A stretch of DNA of 64,000 nucleotides, taken from positions 3,777 to 67,776 of the forward strand of contig DASRXW010000090.1 in assembly GCA_035654055.1 (NCBI GenBank), read 5' to 3'. The stretch comes from Conexibacter sp. (GTDB lineage: Bacteria > Actinomycetota > Thermoleophilia > Solirubrobacterales > Solirubrobacteraceae). Both the position numbers and the translations under genes were made by a program. Numbering within the stretch: the first letter of the stretch is position 1; the number at the start of each line of letters is the position of its first letter. The notes under the pieces are model-generated. The model was not told where the DNA came from, searched no databases, and was given only the letters and a program-made list of their open reading frames with translations. Below, piece by piece: positions 47,547 through 57,212 of the stretch.

Positions 47547-48686
47547 TCAGGCCATCAGCGCCGCGCAGGCGTCGCGCACGGCGGCGATCACGGCGTCGGC
47601 GGCGGCGTCGGACAGCTCGGGGTGGAGCGGGAGGCTCAGCACCCCGCGCGCGAGCCGCTCGGTCACCGGCAGCGAGGCGGGCTCGCGGCCGGCGTACGCC
47701 TGCGTGCGATGCGGCGGCACCTCGTAGTGGACGAGCGTGCCGACGCCGCGGTCGGCGAGCGCGCAGCGCAGCGCGTCGCGACGCTCGTGGGCGACGACGA
47801 ACAGGTGCCAGACGTGTCCGGGACCGTCCGCCGGCAGCGTCAGCCCCGCCACGTCCGCGAGCCCCGCGCGATAGCGCGCGGCGAGCGCCCGGCGGCGCGC
47901 GTTCGCCGCGTCGAGCCGCTCGAGTCTCACGCGCAGGAAGGCCGCCTGCAGCTCGTCGAGCCGCGAGTTGTCGCCGACGATCTCGGAGTCGCCGCGCGCG
48001 CGCCAGCCGTACGTGCGCAGCAGCCGCAGGCGCTCGGCGAGCGCGTCGTCGTCGGTCGTGATCGCGCCGCCGTCGCCGATCGCGCCGAGGTTCTTCGTCG
48101 GGTAGAAGCTGAACCCGGCCGCGGCGCCGAACGAGCCGACGCGCGCGCCGTCCCAGATGGCGCCATGCGCCTGGCAGGCGTCCTCGACCAGCAGCACGTC
48201 GCGCTGCGCCGCCCACGCGCCGATCGCGTCGAGGTCGGCCGGGCGGCCGCACAGGTGGACCGGCACGACCGCGCGCGTGCGCGGCGTCCAGGCGGCGTCG
48301 AGCAGCGCCGGATCGAGCCCCCAGCCGAGCGGGTCGACGTCCACGCCGACCGGCCGCGCGCCGGTCAGGCTGACCGCCATCCAGGTCGCGACCGCGGTGT
48401 ACCCCGGCACGAGCACCTCGTCGCCGGGGCCGACCCCGAGCGCTCGCAGCGTCAGCTGCAGCGCGTCGAGGCCGCTCGCCACGCCGACGCAGTGCCGCAC
48501 GCCGCAGTAGGAGGCGAACGCCGCCTCGAACGCGGCGACCTCCTCGCCGAGCACCCACCAGCCGCTGCGCAGGACGCGGCGGTAGGCGTCCTCCAGCTCG
48601 CCCCCGACCGCCGCGGCGCCGGCCGCGAGGTCCATGAAGGGGACCTCCAGCCGCGGTTCCGCCGGGGCGAGCGTGGCCTCAGGCAC
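47547..48686 (-). CDS. DegT/DnrJ sugar aminotransferase (FdtB/QdtB-like)
   Basis: EDACQAHG, SFYPTKNLGAIGDGG, NSRLDELQAA; GTG at 48686. Confidence 0.93.
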   Translation of the reverse strand: MPEATLAPAEPRLEVPFMDLAAGAAAVGGELEDAYRRVLRSGWWVLGEEVAAFEAAFASYCGVRHCVGVASGLDALQLTLRALGVGPGDEVLVPGYTAVATWMAVSLTGARPVGVDVDPLGWGLDPALLDAAWTPRTRAVVPVHLCGRPADLDAIGAWAAQRDVLLVEDACQAHGAIWDGARVGSFGAAAGFSFYPTKNLGAIGDGGAITTDDDALAERLRLLRTYGWRARGDSEIVGDNSRLDELQAAFLRVRLERLDAANARRRALAARYRAGLADVAGLTLPADGPGHVWHLFVVAHERRDALRCALADRGVGTLVHYEVPPHRTQAYAGREPASLPVTERLARGVLSLPLHPELSDAAADAVIAAVRDACAALMA

Positions 48687-49188
48687 GCTCCGCGAAGGCG
48701 TCGTAGTCGCGGATGTAGTCGGCCTCGTCGAAGCGCTGCGAGGCGAGCACGAGGCAGACCGATCCAGACGAGAAGTTGTCGAGCTCGCGCCACACCATCG
48801 GCGGCAGGTAGAGCCCGTAGTAGGAGCGGTTGAGGAAGAAGCGCTCGCGGTGCGTCCCGTCGTCGACGACGATGTCGAACGAGCCCGACGCGGCGACGAT
48901 GAACTCCTCGAACGCGCGGTGCGCGTGCCCACCGCGCCCCTCCCCGCCGGGGACGTCGTAGAGATAGTAGACGCGGGCGATCTCGAACGGCACCTGCAGG
49001 CCGCCTTCGATCGGCGTCAGGTTGCCGCGCGGGTCGACGATCCGCGGCAGCTCGACGACGCGGCAGCCGGTCTTGCCCTCGCGCGTGCCGGAGCGCTCGT
49101 CGGTCGCGCGCCGTCCGCCGCCGCGACGGCGCTCGACCGCGACCGGCGCGTACGGATCGGCGTGATCCGGGGTCTGGAGCGCGCTCAT
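48679..49188 (-). CDS. dTDP-6-deoxy-3,4-keto-hexulose isomerase (FdtA/QdtA cupin)
   Basis: DPRGNL, RVYYLYDVP, RGGHAH, DYIRDY. Confidence 0.92.
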   Translation of the reverse strand: MSALQTPDHADPYAPVAVERRRGGGRRATDERSGTREGKTGCRVVELPRIVDPRGNLTPIEGGLQVPFEIARVYYLYDVPGGEGRGGHAHRAFEEFIVAASGSFDIVVDDGTHRERFFLNRSYYGLYLPPMVWRELDNFSSGSVCLVLASQRFDEADYIRDYDAFAERA

Positions 49189-49195
49189 GTCCCGG

Positions 49196-49222
49196 TGATC
49201 GGCCGCGCGGCGCGCCGGTTGA
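49196..49222 (-). promoter_or_regulatory. Sigma28-type promoter
   Basis: TCAA-N15-GCCGATCA on the minus strand, 7 nt before ATG 49188. Confidence 0.75.
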
Positions 49223-49271
49223 GCCGCGATCGATCCGGCCAGCGGCGACGATCGCCGGATGGGGCCCGGGG

Positions 49272-49715
49272 TCAGGCGCGCGGCGCGATTGCGGCCAGCT
49301 CGGCCGGCCGCAGGAAGACGTGCAGCTCGCCGTCATCGACGCCGGCGAGCGCTCCCTTCCTCATGCGCACGCGCGCGCCCGTGAGGTCGAGGACGGCCTG
49401 CGCCACGGCGGGGTTGTGGCCGACGAGCAGCACGTGCTCGCCGAGGCCGGCCGCGACGCGCTCGGCGTCGAAGCGGCCGCCGTCCAGCTCGGGCGCGATC
49501 TGCACCTCGACGCCGAGCGGCGCGCACGCGAGCGCCGCCGTCTCGCGCGCACGCACGCGCGGGCTCGCGAGGCACGCGTCGATCCGCACGCCGAGCACCG
49601 CCAGCGCCGCGCCGGCCGCGCGCGCCTGCGCACGGCCCTTGTCCGTCAGCGGCCGCTCAGCATCCGGCCGGCCGTCCGGGTCCTCGGCGTCGGCGTGGCG
49701 CAGCAGCCAGAGCAT
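49272..49715 (-). CDS. sixA: SixA-like phosphohistidine phosphatase
   Basis: LLRHADA, RPLTDKG, SPRVRARET, VGHNP. Confidence 0.88.
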   Translation of the reverse strand: MLWLLRHADAEDPDGRPDAERPLTDKGRAQARAAGAALAVLGVRIDACLASPRVRARETAALACAPLGVEVQIAPELDGGRFDAERVAAGLGEHVLLVGHNPAVAQAVLDLTGARVRMRKGALAGVDDGELHVFLRPAELAAIAPRA

Positions 49716-49795
49716 CAGTCAGAAGCGTAACGATGCGGAAACAGCAGAAGTTTGGTGCGGCGAATAACCGGTTCTTGCTGTTTAGGATCTCCGCC

Positions 49796-51829
49796 ATGCG
49801 AATCGTTGACCGGCCGAACGTCAGCGAGCCGGACATCTTCCGCACCAAGGCAGCGCGCGCCGCTTATGCGGCAGCGGCGAGGCACTTCTCCGCGGAAGAC
49901 GCCCGGGCTCGACAGACGCTGCATCAGTTCACGGACGAGCTGTTCGGCGCTCCCTCCGTTCGGCGAGCGCTCGCCGAGCTGTTCCTCCAGAAGTGCGCGT
50001 TCTGCGAGTCGGCGATCGCCGATCCGACGATGGGCGAGGTGCACCATTTCCGCCCGGTGCAGGGTGCCGTGGACCCGCGCGACGGCAGCGTGAGCGATGA
50101 GCACTACTGGTGGCTCGCCTACGCGTGGGAGAATCTGTACTGGGCTTGCCGATCGTGCGTCGTGGCCGCGGGAACGCGGTTCCCCGTCGACGGACCGCGC
50201 GCATCGAGCAAATCGACGGGATCGTCGCTGGACGCCGAGCGGAAGCTGCTGCTCGACCCATGCGGCAGGGACGAGGCACCTGATGCCGCGCTCTTCTTCG
50301 ACGAGGACGGTCGCGTCGAGCCGCTCCACGAGCGCGGCCAGCTCACCATCGAGACATACGACCTCAATCGAGCGGATCTGATCGACGCACGCGCGAAGGT
50401 GCTGGGCCGCGCGATGCTCGCGATGGCGTCCGGCGGACGCCTCGGTGGCTTTCTGCACGCCAGCCAGCCCTACGTGGGAGTCCTGCGGCAATTCGTCTCG
50501 CGGGTCTCGGGATCGAACGAGGGGCAAGCGTCGTCGGACCGCAGTCGCTCCGACCGCCCATCCGGCCTGACGCCGCGCCCACGCAGACGCCTCGTCCCGC
50601 TGCTCGTGCGCAGCATCGAGATCGAGAACTTCCTTGCGATTCAGTCGCTCCGCATCGATCTCCCGCCGCGCGCGGACGCCGGGCCATGGACCGTCCTGCT
50701 CGGGGAGAACGGGGCCGGGAAGACGTCGGTCGTGAAGGCGGTGGCGCTCGCGCTGATGGGCGAGCTGCGCCGGACCGTCGACCTCACGCCGGATCAAGCG
50801 CTCCACGACGACGCCGAGAGAGGCTCCATCACCGTGGACGTGGGCGGGTCCGCAGCGCCGCGCCGGATTCACTTCCGCCGCGGCGATACGCACTTCCGGG
50901 CCACCGGCGGCGACGACACGCCCGCCGTCATCGCGGCGTACGGCGCCCACCGTCCGCTCGGAGGAGCGGTGCCCCAAGAGCACGTCGGACAGCCCCGGGT
51001 CGCCAACCTGTTCAGTCCCGAGCGGCAGCTCGCCGACGCGAAGGCATGGCTGCTGAGCTGCGACGAGCAGGCCTTCAACGCCGCGGCCCGGGCGCTCAAG
51101 CGCCTGCTCGTCAAGGACGACGTGGTCCTGCGCCGAGACAGAGACGAGATTCACCTCGATTGGGACCATGGACGCTCGTCCACGCTGGACCAGCTCAGCG
51201 ACGGCTACCGCTCGATGATCGGCCTCGCAGCCGATCTGATGCTGTTCCTCGTCGGGCAGTGGGGCTCGCTCGAGGCAGCCGAGGGAATCGTGCTGATCGA
51301 CGAGGTCAGCACGCACCTGCACCCTCGCTGGCAGATGCGCATCGTCCAGGCGTTCCGGGACGCCTTTCCACGGCTGCAGTTCATCGTGACGACCCACGAC
51401 CCGCTGTGCCTGCGCGGGCTGCGGCGCGGTGAGGTGATCGTCCTGCGCGAGACGCGTCGCGGTCGGGTGTCGGCGATCACCGACCTGCCGGACGTGAGCG
51501 GGCTGATGGTCGACCAACTGCTCACATCGGAGCATTTCGGGCTCAGCAGCACGATCGACCCCGAGCTCGAGCGGACGTTCGAGGAGTACTACAAGCTGCT
51601 CGCCGACCCCCAGCGCGATGCGGCTGCCGAGCAGCGGCGGAAGGAGCTTCGCGCGCTGCTCGCCGAGCGCCGGCAGCTGGGATTCACCCGTCGCGAGGAG
51701 ATGGCGCTCGACGCCGCCGACGAGTACCTCGCCGGCGAGCCGAACATCGAGGACGAGCCGCGCCGCAGGCTGAGAGAGGACAAGGCGCGCCGGGAGATCC
51801 GCGAGATCTGGGCGCAGCACGGACTCTGA
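49796..51829 (+). CDS. HNH-like domain fused to a PtuA-like ABC/AAA ATPase
   Basis: KCAFCES..HHFRP..WENL; GENGAGKT, LSDGY, LIDEVSTHLHPRWQ, TTHDP; TAGGAT 7 nt before ATG 49796. Confidence 0.85.
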   Translation: MRIVDRPNVSEPDIFRTKAARAAYAAAARHFSAEDARARQTLHQFTDELFGAPSVRRALAELFLQKCAFCESAIADPTMGEVHHFRPVQGAVDPRDGSVSDEHYWWLAYAWENLYWACRSCVVAAGTRFPVDGPRASSKSTGSSLDAERKLLLDPCGRDEAPDAALFFDEDGRVEPLHERGQLTIETYDLNRADLIDARAKVLGRAMLAMASGGRLGGFLHASQPYVGVLRQFVSRVSGSNEGQASSDRSRSDRPSGLTPRPRRRLVPLLVRSIEIENFLAIQSLRIDLPPRADAGPWTVLLGENGAGKTSVVKAVALALMGELRRTVDLTPDQALHDDAERGSITVDVGGSAAPRRIHFRRGDTHFRATGGDDTPAVIAAYGAHRPLGGAVPQEHVGQPRVANLFSPERQLADAKAWLLSCDEQAFNAAARALKRLLVKDDVVLRRDRDEIHLDWDHGRSSTLDQLSDGYRSMIGLAADLMLFLVGQWGSLEAAEGIVLIDEVSTHLHPRWQMRIVQAFRDAFPRLQFIVTTHDPLCLRGLRRGEVIVLRETRRGRVSAITDLPDVSGLMVDQLLTSEHFGLSSTIDPELERTFEEYYKLLADPQRDAAAEQRRKELRALLAERRQLGFTRREEMALDAADEYLAGEPNIEDEPRRRLREDKARREIREIWAQHGL

Positions 51830-52659
51830 TGCGCCGCGTCGAAGCACCAGATTGCCCTGAGGTGCTCGCGGGGGAGGAGTCGCTGGGCGCGCGTGAGCGC
51901 GAGCGCGCGATCGCGTTCTTCGCTGACGAGGCCAACAGAGACAGAAGATTCAGATTCTTCAGCGCGTACAAGCATCGCGACGTCTGCCACGCGCTGGCGG
52001 CCGCGTTTCACGGCAAGTGCGCCTACTGCGAGAGCTACTACGCCGCGACGCAAGGGGACGAGGTCGACCACTACCGCCCCAAGGGCAGGATCCGCACGCC
52101 GACTGGGACTGAGCGGCCCGGGTACTACTGGCTCGCGTCGACCTGGGACAACCTGCTGCCAAGCTGCAGCGACTGCAATCGCTGGCGTTGGAAGGACGAC
52201 CACGAGGGAGCACGCATGCTGAGCGGCAAGGCGGAGTGGTTCCCGCTCGCCGACGAGGCGGCCCGCGCACGCCGTCCCGGCGACGAGGTGCACGAGGACG
52301 CGCTGCTCCTCCATCCGTACTACGACGACCCCGACGAGCACCTCGAGTTCGTGGACGAGGGCGTCGTCCGCTCCGCGCCCGGGAGAGACGGCCGTCCAAG
52401 CGCCCGCGGCGAGGAAACCATCCGCGTGCACGGCCTGCGCCGACACGGACTCGTCACCCACCGTCGCACCCACCTGGAGCGCGTCTTGAAGCAGCTGAGA
52501 GGCGTGCTCACAGCCGAGCGCCGTGCGGCAGAGAACCTCGACGACGAGGCACTGCGCATGGAGCTCGAAGCGCAGCTGACGGAGCTGCGGCGCTTCGTCG
52601 ATCCGACGACGCCCTATTCGACGATGGCGCGCCAGGTCATCGCGCGCTGGAGACCGTGA
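51829..52659 (+). CDS. PtuB-like HNH endonuclease
   Basis: KCAYCES, VDHYRPK, WDNLLPSCSDCN; TGATG overlap. Confidence 0.85.
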   Translation: MRRVEAPDCPEVLAGEESLGARERERAIAFFADEANRDRRFRFFSAYKHRDVCHALAAAFHGKCAYCESYYAATQGDEVDHYRPKGRIRTPTGTERPGYYWLASTWDNLLPSCSDCNRWRWKDDHEGARMLSGKAEWFPLADEAARARRPGDEVHEDALLLHPYYDDPDEHLEFVDEGVVRSAPGRDGRPSARGEETIRVHGLRRHGLVTHRRTHLERVLKQLRGVLTAERRAAENLDDEALRMELEAQLTELRRFVDPTTPYSTMARQVIARWRP

Positions 52660-52686
52660 TCGCGGCGTGGCGCGGCAGCCAGGGCA

Positions 52687-53445
52687 TCAGGTCGCGGCCG
52701 CGGCCGCCTCAGCGGTCAGCTCGGCGCGCCGGGCCGGGTCCTGGAACGGCGCGGGATCGCGCAGGTAGGCGGCGATCACCTCCAGCTCGCGCTCGCTCGC
52801 CGGGCCGTGAAGCGCTTCGAGCTGGCGGTCGTCGAGCACCGCCAGCGACACGAGCCGCACGCCGGCGGCGTCGGCGCGGCGGCGCGCCTCGGCACCGCGC
52901 TCGACGAGCACGACGACCGCCTCGACGCTGACGCCCGCCACGTCGCGCCGCGCCAGCTCGGCCTCGAGCTGGCGGATCGCGATCTCCTTCGAGTCGAAGC
53001 CGGACACGAGGTCGTCGACGAGCGCGACGCGGTCGCCGGGCTGGAAGCCGCCCTCGACGAGCGCATGGCTGCCGTAGGAGCCCAGCTCTCGCTCGAGCGC
53101 GGCGACGTCGCGCACGTTCGGCAGCTTGCGCGTGTAGCCCATCGACAGGCCGAGCTTGTACGCGAAGCCGGCGGCGAACGGGACGCCGGCGGCCGCGAGG
53201 CCGACGAGCTGCGTCGCCTGCGACAGCTCCTGCACGATCAGCTCGGAGCCCGCGTCGATCAGGAAGCGGAACAGCTCGGGGTCGGCGGGCGCGTCGCGGA
53301 AGTTCACGTAGAACGGGCTCCACGCGCCCGACATCAGCTCCCAGCCCTCGGGCCGGTCGCGCAGCCACGTGCGGATCACGCCGGAGGCGTAGAGGCGGCG
53401 CACCAGCTCGCCTGCCAGCTCGGCCTTGCGCTCGTCCCAGCTCAC
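52687..53445 (-). CDS. Orotate phosphoribosyltransferase-like protein
   Basis: SGAWSPFYVNFR, YTRK, LVEG, PRPP motif LVDDLVSGFDS. Confidence 0.8.
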   Translation of the reverse strand: MSWDERKAELAGELVRRLYASGVIRTWLRDRPEGWELMSGAWSPFYVNFRDAPADPELFRFLIDAGSELIVQELSQATQLVGLAAAGVPFAAGFAYKLGLSMGYTRKLPNVRDVAALERELGSYGSHALVEGGFQPGDRVALVDDLVSGFDSKEIAIRQLEAELARRDVAGVSVEAVVVLVERGAEARRRADAAGVRLVSLAVLDDRQLEALHGPASERELEVIAAYLRDPAPFQDPARRAELTAEAAAAAT

Positions 53446-53557
53446 GCGGCGAGCCTATCGCGCGCGGCAGGCGGCGGGCCGCCCGGGGCCCCGTACGGGG
53501 CGCGGCGTCCGGCCGGGCGGGGACCCGCGCGGCGCAGACGGCCGGCCGCATGGCAGC

Positions 53558-54496
53558 ATGCCGGCCGTGCTCGCGATCGTGCTGACGGTGATCCTCGCCA
53601 CCGCCGTCGGCGTCGCCGTCGAGCGCCGCGACAACGCGGCCGCGCACGCCGCGCGTCTGCTCGTGCTGCGCACGATGCTGTGGGCGCTCGTCCCGTTCGT
53701 CGCGTACGTGAACATCGCGCGCGCGCACCTGTCGGTCGACGCCGCCCTCTCGATCGCGATCGCGATCGTCGCCGTGCTCGCGGCCGGCGCGATCGCGTGG
53801 CGGCTCGGGCGCGGGCCGCTCGCGCTGCCGAACGCGACCGTCGGCGCGTCGATCGTCTGCACGATCCAGGCGAACACGGCGTACTTCGGGCTGCCGCTCG
53901 TCGCCGCGCTCTTCTCGCGCGCGCAGCTCTCGCAGGCGGTCGTCTACGACGGGCTCGTGTCGCTGCCGATGTTCGTGCTCGTCAGCTTCAGCGTCGGCGC
54001 GCGCTTCGGCCACGCCGAGGACGCCGGGCTGCGGGCGCAGCTGCGCGCCGCGCTGCTGCGCAATCCCGTGCTGCTCGCCGTGATCGTCGCGCTGCTCGTG
54101 CCCGACGCGTGGGCGCCGGAGGTGCTCGTGGCGCCGTCCCACGTCGCGGTGCTGGCGCTGCTGCCGCTCGGCTTCTTCGTCGTCGGCGTCACGCTCGGCG
54201 ACGAGGCGAAGGACGGCATGCTGCGGATCCCGCCGCCGCTGACGCCGGCGATCGCGGCCGTCGTCGTGCTGCGGATGGCGTTCGTGCCGCTCGTGCTGGT
54301 GCTCGCGGGGCTGTTCCTGATCGACGTCCCGGCGCCGTTCTACCTGATGGCCGCAATGCCGGTCGGCGTCAACACCGTCCTCGTCGGGCACGCGACCGGG
54401 CTCGACCTGCGCTTGACCTCCTCGAGCATCGCGTGGGCGACGACCGTCGCGCTCGTCGGCATCACCGTCCTCGCGCTCGTGCGCGCGCTCGCCTGA
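53558..54496 (+). CDS. AEC-family membrane transporter
   Basis: ANTAYFGLP, RNPV, AAMP; about 10 TM segments. Confidence 0.85.
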   Translation: MPAVLAIVLTVILATAVGVAVERRDNAAAHAARLLVLRTMLWALVPFVAYVNIARAHLSVDAALSIAIAIVAVLAAGAIAWRLGRGPLALPNATVGASIVCTIQANTAYFGLPLVAALFSRAQLSQAVVYDGLVSLPMFVLVSFSVGARFGHAEDAGLRAQLRAALLRNPVLLAVIVALLVPDAWAPEVLVAPSHVAVLALLPLGFFVVGVTLGDEAKDGMLRIPPPLTPAIAAVVVLRMAFVPLVLVLAGLFLIDVPAPFYLMAAMPVGVNTVLVGHATGLDLRLTSSSIAWATTVALVGITVLALVRALA

Positions 54497-54614
54497 CCGC
54501 GCCCGCGACGGCTCTCCTATCCGTCCGTTTCTTGGACCGTCGGCCAAGGTCGAGGTTACGCTTCTCGTCCGTGTGGCGATACCGGGGCGAAGAGGCGTCC
54601 CCCACGCTGAAGTC

Positions 54615-55874
54615 ATGCCTTTCCTCCCTCCCGCGCCACCGACCCCGACCGCTCCAGCGGTCGGCGGACCGCTGCTGCTGACTGGGGCGACGGGCTTCCT
54701 CGGGATGGAGCTGCTCGCGCGTTACCTCGAGCGCACCGAGCGGACGGTCTACGCGCTCGTGCGGGCGCGCGACGACGCGCAGGCGCAGGCGCGGCTGCGC
54801 GCGACGGTGGAACGCGTCGTCGACGCGCCGGGCCGCTTCGACCACCGCCTGCTGGCGATCCGCGGCGACGTCGCACAGCCCGGCCTGGGAATCCCGCGCC
54901 GCAGGCGGCTCGCGCTGGCCGCTGCGGTCACGGAGATCGTCCACGCAGCCGCGTCGGTGTCGTTCACGCTGCCGCTCGCGGAGGCGCGCGAGATCAACGT
55001 CGAGGGCACGCGGCGGATGCTGGAGCTGGCCGAGCTGTGCATGGCGCACGGCCGCCTGCGGCGCTTCTCCCACGTCTCGACCGCGTACGTGGCGGGCACC
55101 GCGACGGGCAGCTTCGGCGAGGACGACCTCGACGTCGGCCAGGGCTTCCGCAACACCTACGAGCGGACGAAGTGGGAGGCGGAGGGGCTCGTGCGCGCAT
55201 ACGCCGAGCGGCTGCCGATCCAGGTCTTCCGCCCGAGCATCGTCGTCGGCGAGCAGACGACCGGCTGGACCGCGGCGTTCAACGTCATCTACGCGCCGCT
55301 GCGCGCGTACGCGAAGGGCGCCGCGCTGCCGCTGATCCCGGGCCGCCGCTCGGCGCCGGTCGACGTCGTGCCGGTCGACTACGTCGCAGACGCGATCTTC
55401 GCGCTCGCGAGTCGCGAAGAGGGCACCGGCGCCACCGGGACGTACAGCCTCGCGGCCGGGCCGCAGGCAAGCACGGTCGGCGAGCTGGTGACGCTGTCCG
55501 CGCGCGCGTTCGACCGCCGGCGGCCGCTCACGCTCCCGCCGGCGCTCTACCGCCGCACGCTGCATCCGCTGCTGCTGCGGCGCAGCCGCGGCGCGCGGCG
55601 CCGCTGGCTCCAACAGGGCCCGGTCTTCTTCCCCTACTTCGCGCTGCGCGTCCGCCACGACACGATGCGCACACAGGCGGCGCTGGCGCCGGCAGGGATC
55701 GCGCCACCGCCGCTGCCGGACTACTTCGAGCGTCTCGTCGACTTCGCGGAGGCGGCCCAGTGGGGTCGCCGCACGCTCAGTCGCGTCGACGCTGCGGGCT
55801 CGGCGCGGAGGCGGGCGGCGTTGGCGGCGTCGCCCGCTCCGCTCCGTGAGCTGGGGGCGCTGCGGGCCGGATGA
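54615..55874 (+). CDS. Extended SDR / thioester (fatty acyl-CoA) reductase domain
   Basis: TGATGFLG, HAAA, HVSTAYV, YERTK, RPSIV. Confidence 0.88.
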   Translation: MPFLPPAPPTPTAPAVGGPLLLTGATGFLGMELLARYLERTERTVYALVRARDDAQAQARLRATVERVVDAPGRFDHRLLAIRGDVAQPGLGIPRRRRLALAAAVTEIVHAAASVSFTLPLAEAREINVEGTRRMLELAELCMAHGRLRRFSHVSTAYVAGTATGSFGEDDLDVGQGFRNTYERTKWEAEGLVRAYAERLPIQVFRPSIVVGEQTTGWTAAFNVIYAPLRAYAKGAALPLIPGRRSAPVDVVPVDYVADAIFALASREEGTGATGTYSLAAGPQASTVGELVTLSARAFDRRRPLTLPPALYRRTLHPLLLRRSRGARRRWLQQGPVFFPYFALRVRHDTMRTQAALAPAGIAPPPLPDYFERLVDFAEAAQWGRRTLSRVDAAGSARRRAALAASPAPLRELGALRAG

Positions 55875-57211
55875 CGGACGGCGCCGGCGCGAACGGCCGC
55901 GGCCGGGTGGCGCTCGTGCTGCCGGGCGGCGGGGCGCGCGGCGCATACGAGGTCGGTGCGCTGTCGGTGCTGCTGCCGGCGCTCGAGGCGCGCGGCGAAC
56001 GCGTCCAGCTCGTGTGCGGAACGAGCGTCGGCGCGATCAACGCCGCGCTGCTCGGCTCGCTCGCGCACCTGCCGGCGGAGGCGCAGGCCGAGCTGGCGCT
56101 CGAGCGCTGGCGCTCGCTGCGGCGCGGGGACGTCGTCGCGCCGCTGGTCGGCACGGGGCTGCCGCTGCAGCTCGCGCGGCTCGCCGGCGACGCGCTGCGG
56201 CTCCCGGGCGTGCGCCGCGGGAGCCTGCTCGACCCGCGCCCGCTGCAGCGCTTCCTCGAACGGCGCATCGACTGGGACGGGCTGCACCGCAACGTCGCCG
56301 ACGGCTTCGTCGACGCCGTCTGCGTGATGGCGACGCAGCTGGCCTCCGGCAGCCCGGTCGCGTTCGTCGAGGCGTCCGCGCCGACACGTTTGGGCGGGTG
56401 GGATCCGGTTGGCGCCGACTTCCCCTACGTGCACGTGAAGCTGGCGCACGAGCACGTGCGCGCGTCGGCGGCGATGCCGGTCGTGTTCCCGGCGGTCGAG
56501 GTGCGCGCGCCGGAGGAGGCGCGCGGCTTCTACACGGACGGCGCGACGCGCCTCAACAGCCCGATCAAGCCGGCCGTCGAGCTGGGCGCCGACCGCGTCG
56601 TCGTGATCGGCTTCGAGCCGCTGCGCCGACCGCAGGGCGCGTCCGCAGCGGCGCCCGAGCACGTCTCGCCCCATCTCGTGGACGTGCTCGCGAACATGCT
56701 CGACGGCCTGCTCGTGGACCAGGTGTCGGACGACGTCCACCGGCTCGTCGCGATCAACGCCTTCTTCGCCGAGAGCATCGGCACCGGGACCGTGCCGTCC
56801 GCGCGCGCCTACCGCACCGCGCGCGGGCGACGGCCCTACCGGCGGATCGCCTACGCGATCGTGACGCCCGAGCGCCCGCGCGAGCTCGGCCGGCTCGCGC
56901 TCGAGACGTTCGCCAATCGCTACGGCGGCGTGCGCGCGGCGACCGCGCCGCCCGACCTGCTGCTGCTCGGGCGACTGCTGCGCGGCGGCACGGACGCGGG
57001 CGGCGACCTGCTGTCGTTCCTGTTCTTCGACCCTGCCTACGTCGAGGCGCTGATCGAGGCGGGCCGCCGCGACGCGCAGCGCTGGCTCAGACGCCACCCG
57101 ACCTTCTGGTGCAGCGACGGCGCCCACGACTTCGACCTCACCGCCGTCCCCGACCCGAGCGCCCAGGAGGCCGCCTCGCTCGACGAGTGGCGCAGCCTGC
57201 GGCGGGGGTGA
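55871..57211 (+). CDS. Patatin-like phospholipase
   Basis: GGGARG, GTSVG, DGA; ATGA overlap. Confidence 0.88.
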   Translation: MTDGAGANGRGRVALVLPGGGARGAYEVGALSVLLPALEARGERVQLVCGTSVGAINAALLGSLAHLPAEAQAELALERWRSLRRGDVVAPLVGTGLPLQLARLAGDALRLPGVRRGSLLDPRPLQRFLERRIDWDGLHRNVADGFVDAVCVMATQLASGSPVAFVEASAPTRLGGWDPVGADFPYVHVKLAHEHVRASAAMPVVFPAVEVRAPEEARGFYTDGATRLNSPIKPAVELGADRVVVIGFEPLRRPQGASAAAPEHVSPHLVDVLANMLDGLLVDQVSDDVHRLVAINAFFAESIGTGTVPSARAYRTARGRRPYRRIAYAIVTPERPRELGRLALETFANRYGGVRAATAPPDLLLLGRLLRGGTDAGGDLLSFLFFDPAYVEALIEAGRRDAQRWLRRHPTFWCSDGAHDFDLTAVPDPSAQEAASLDEWRSLRRG

Positions 57212-57212
57212 G

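Noticed and set aside
49716-52686. Retron
   Set aside because: No reverse transcriptase, and no room for msr-msd (about 80 nt upstream).
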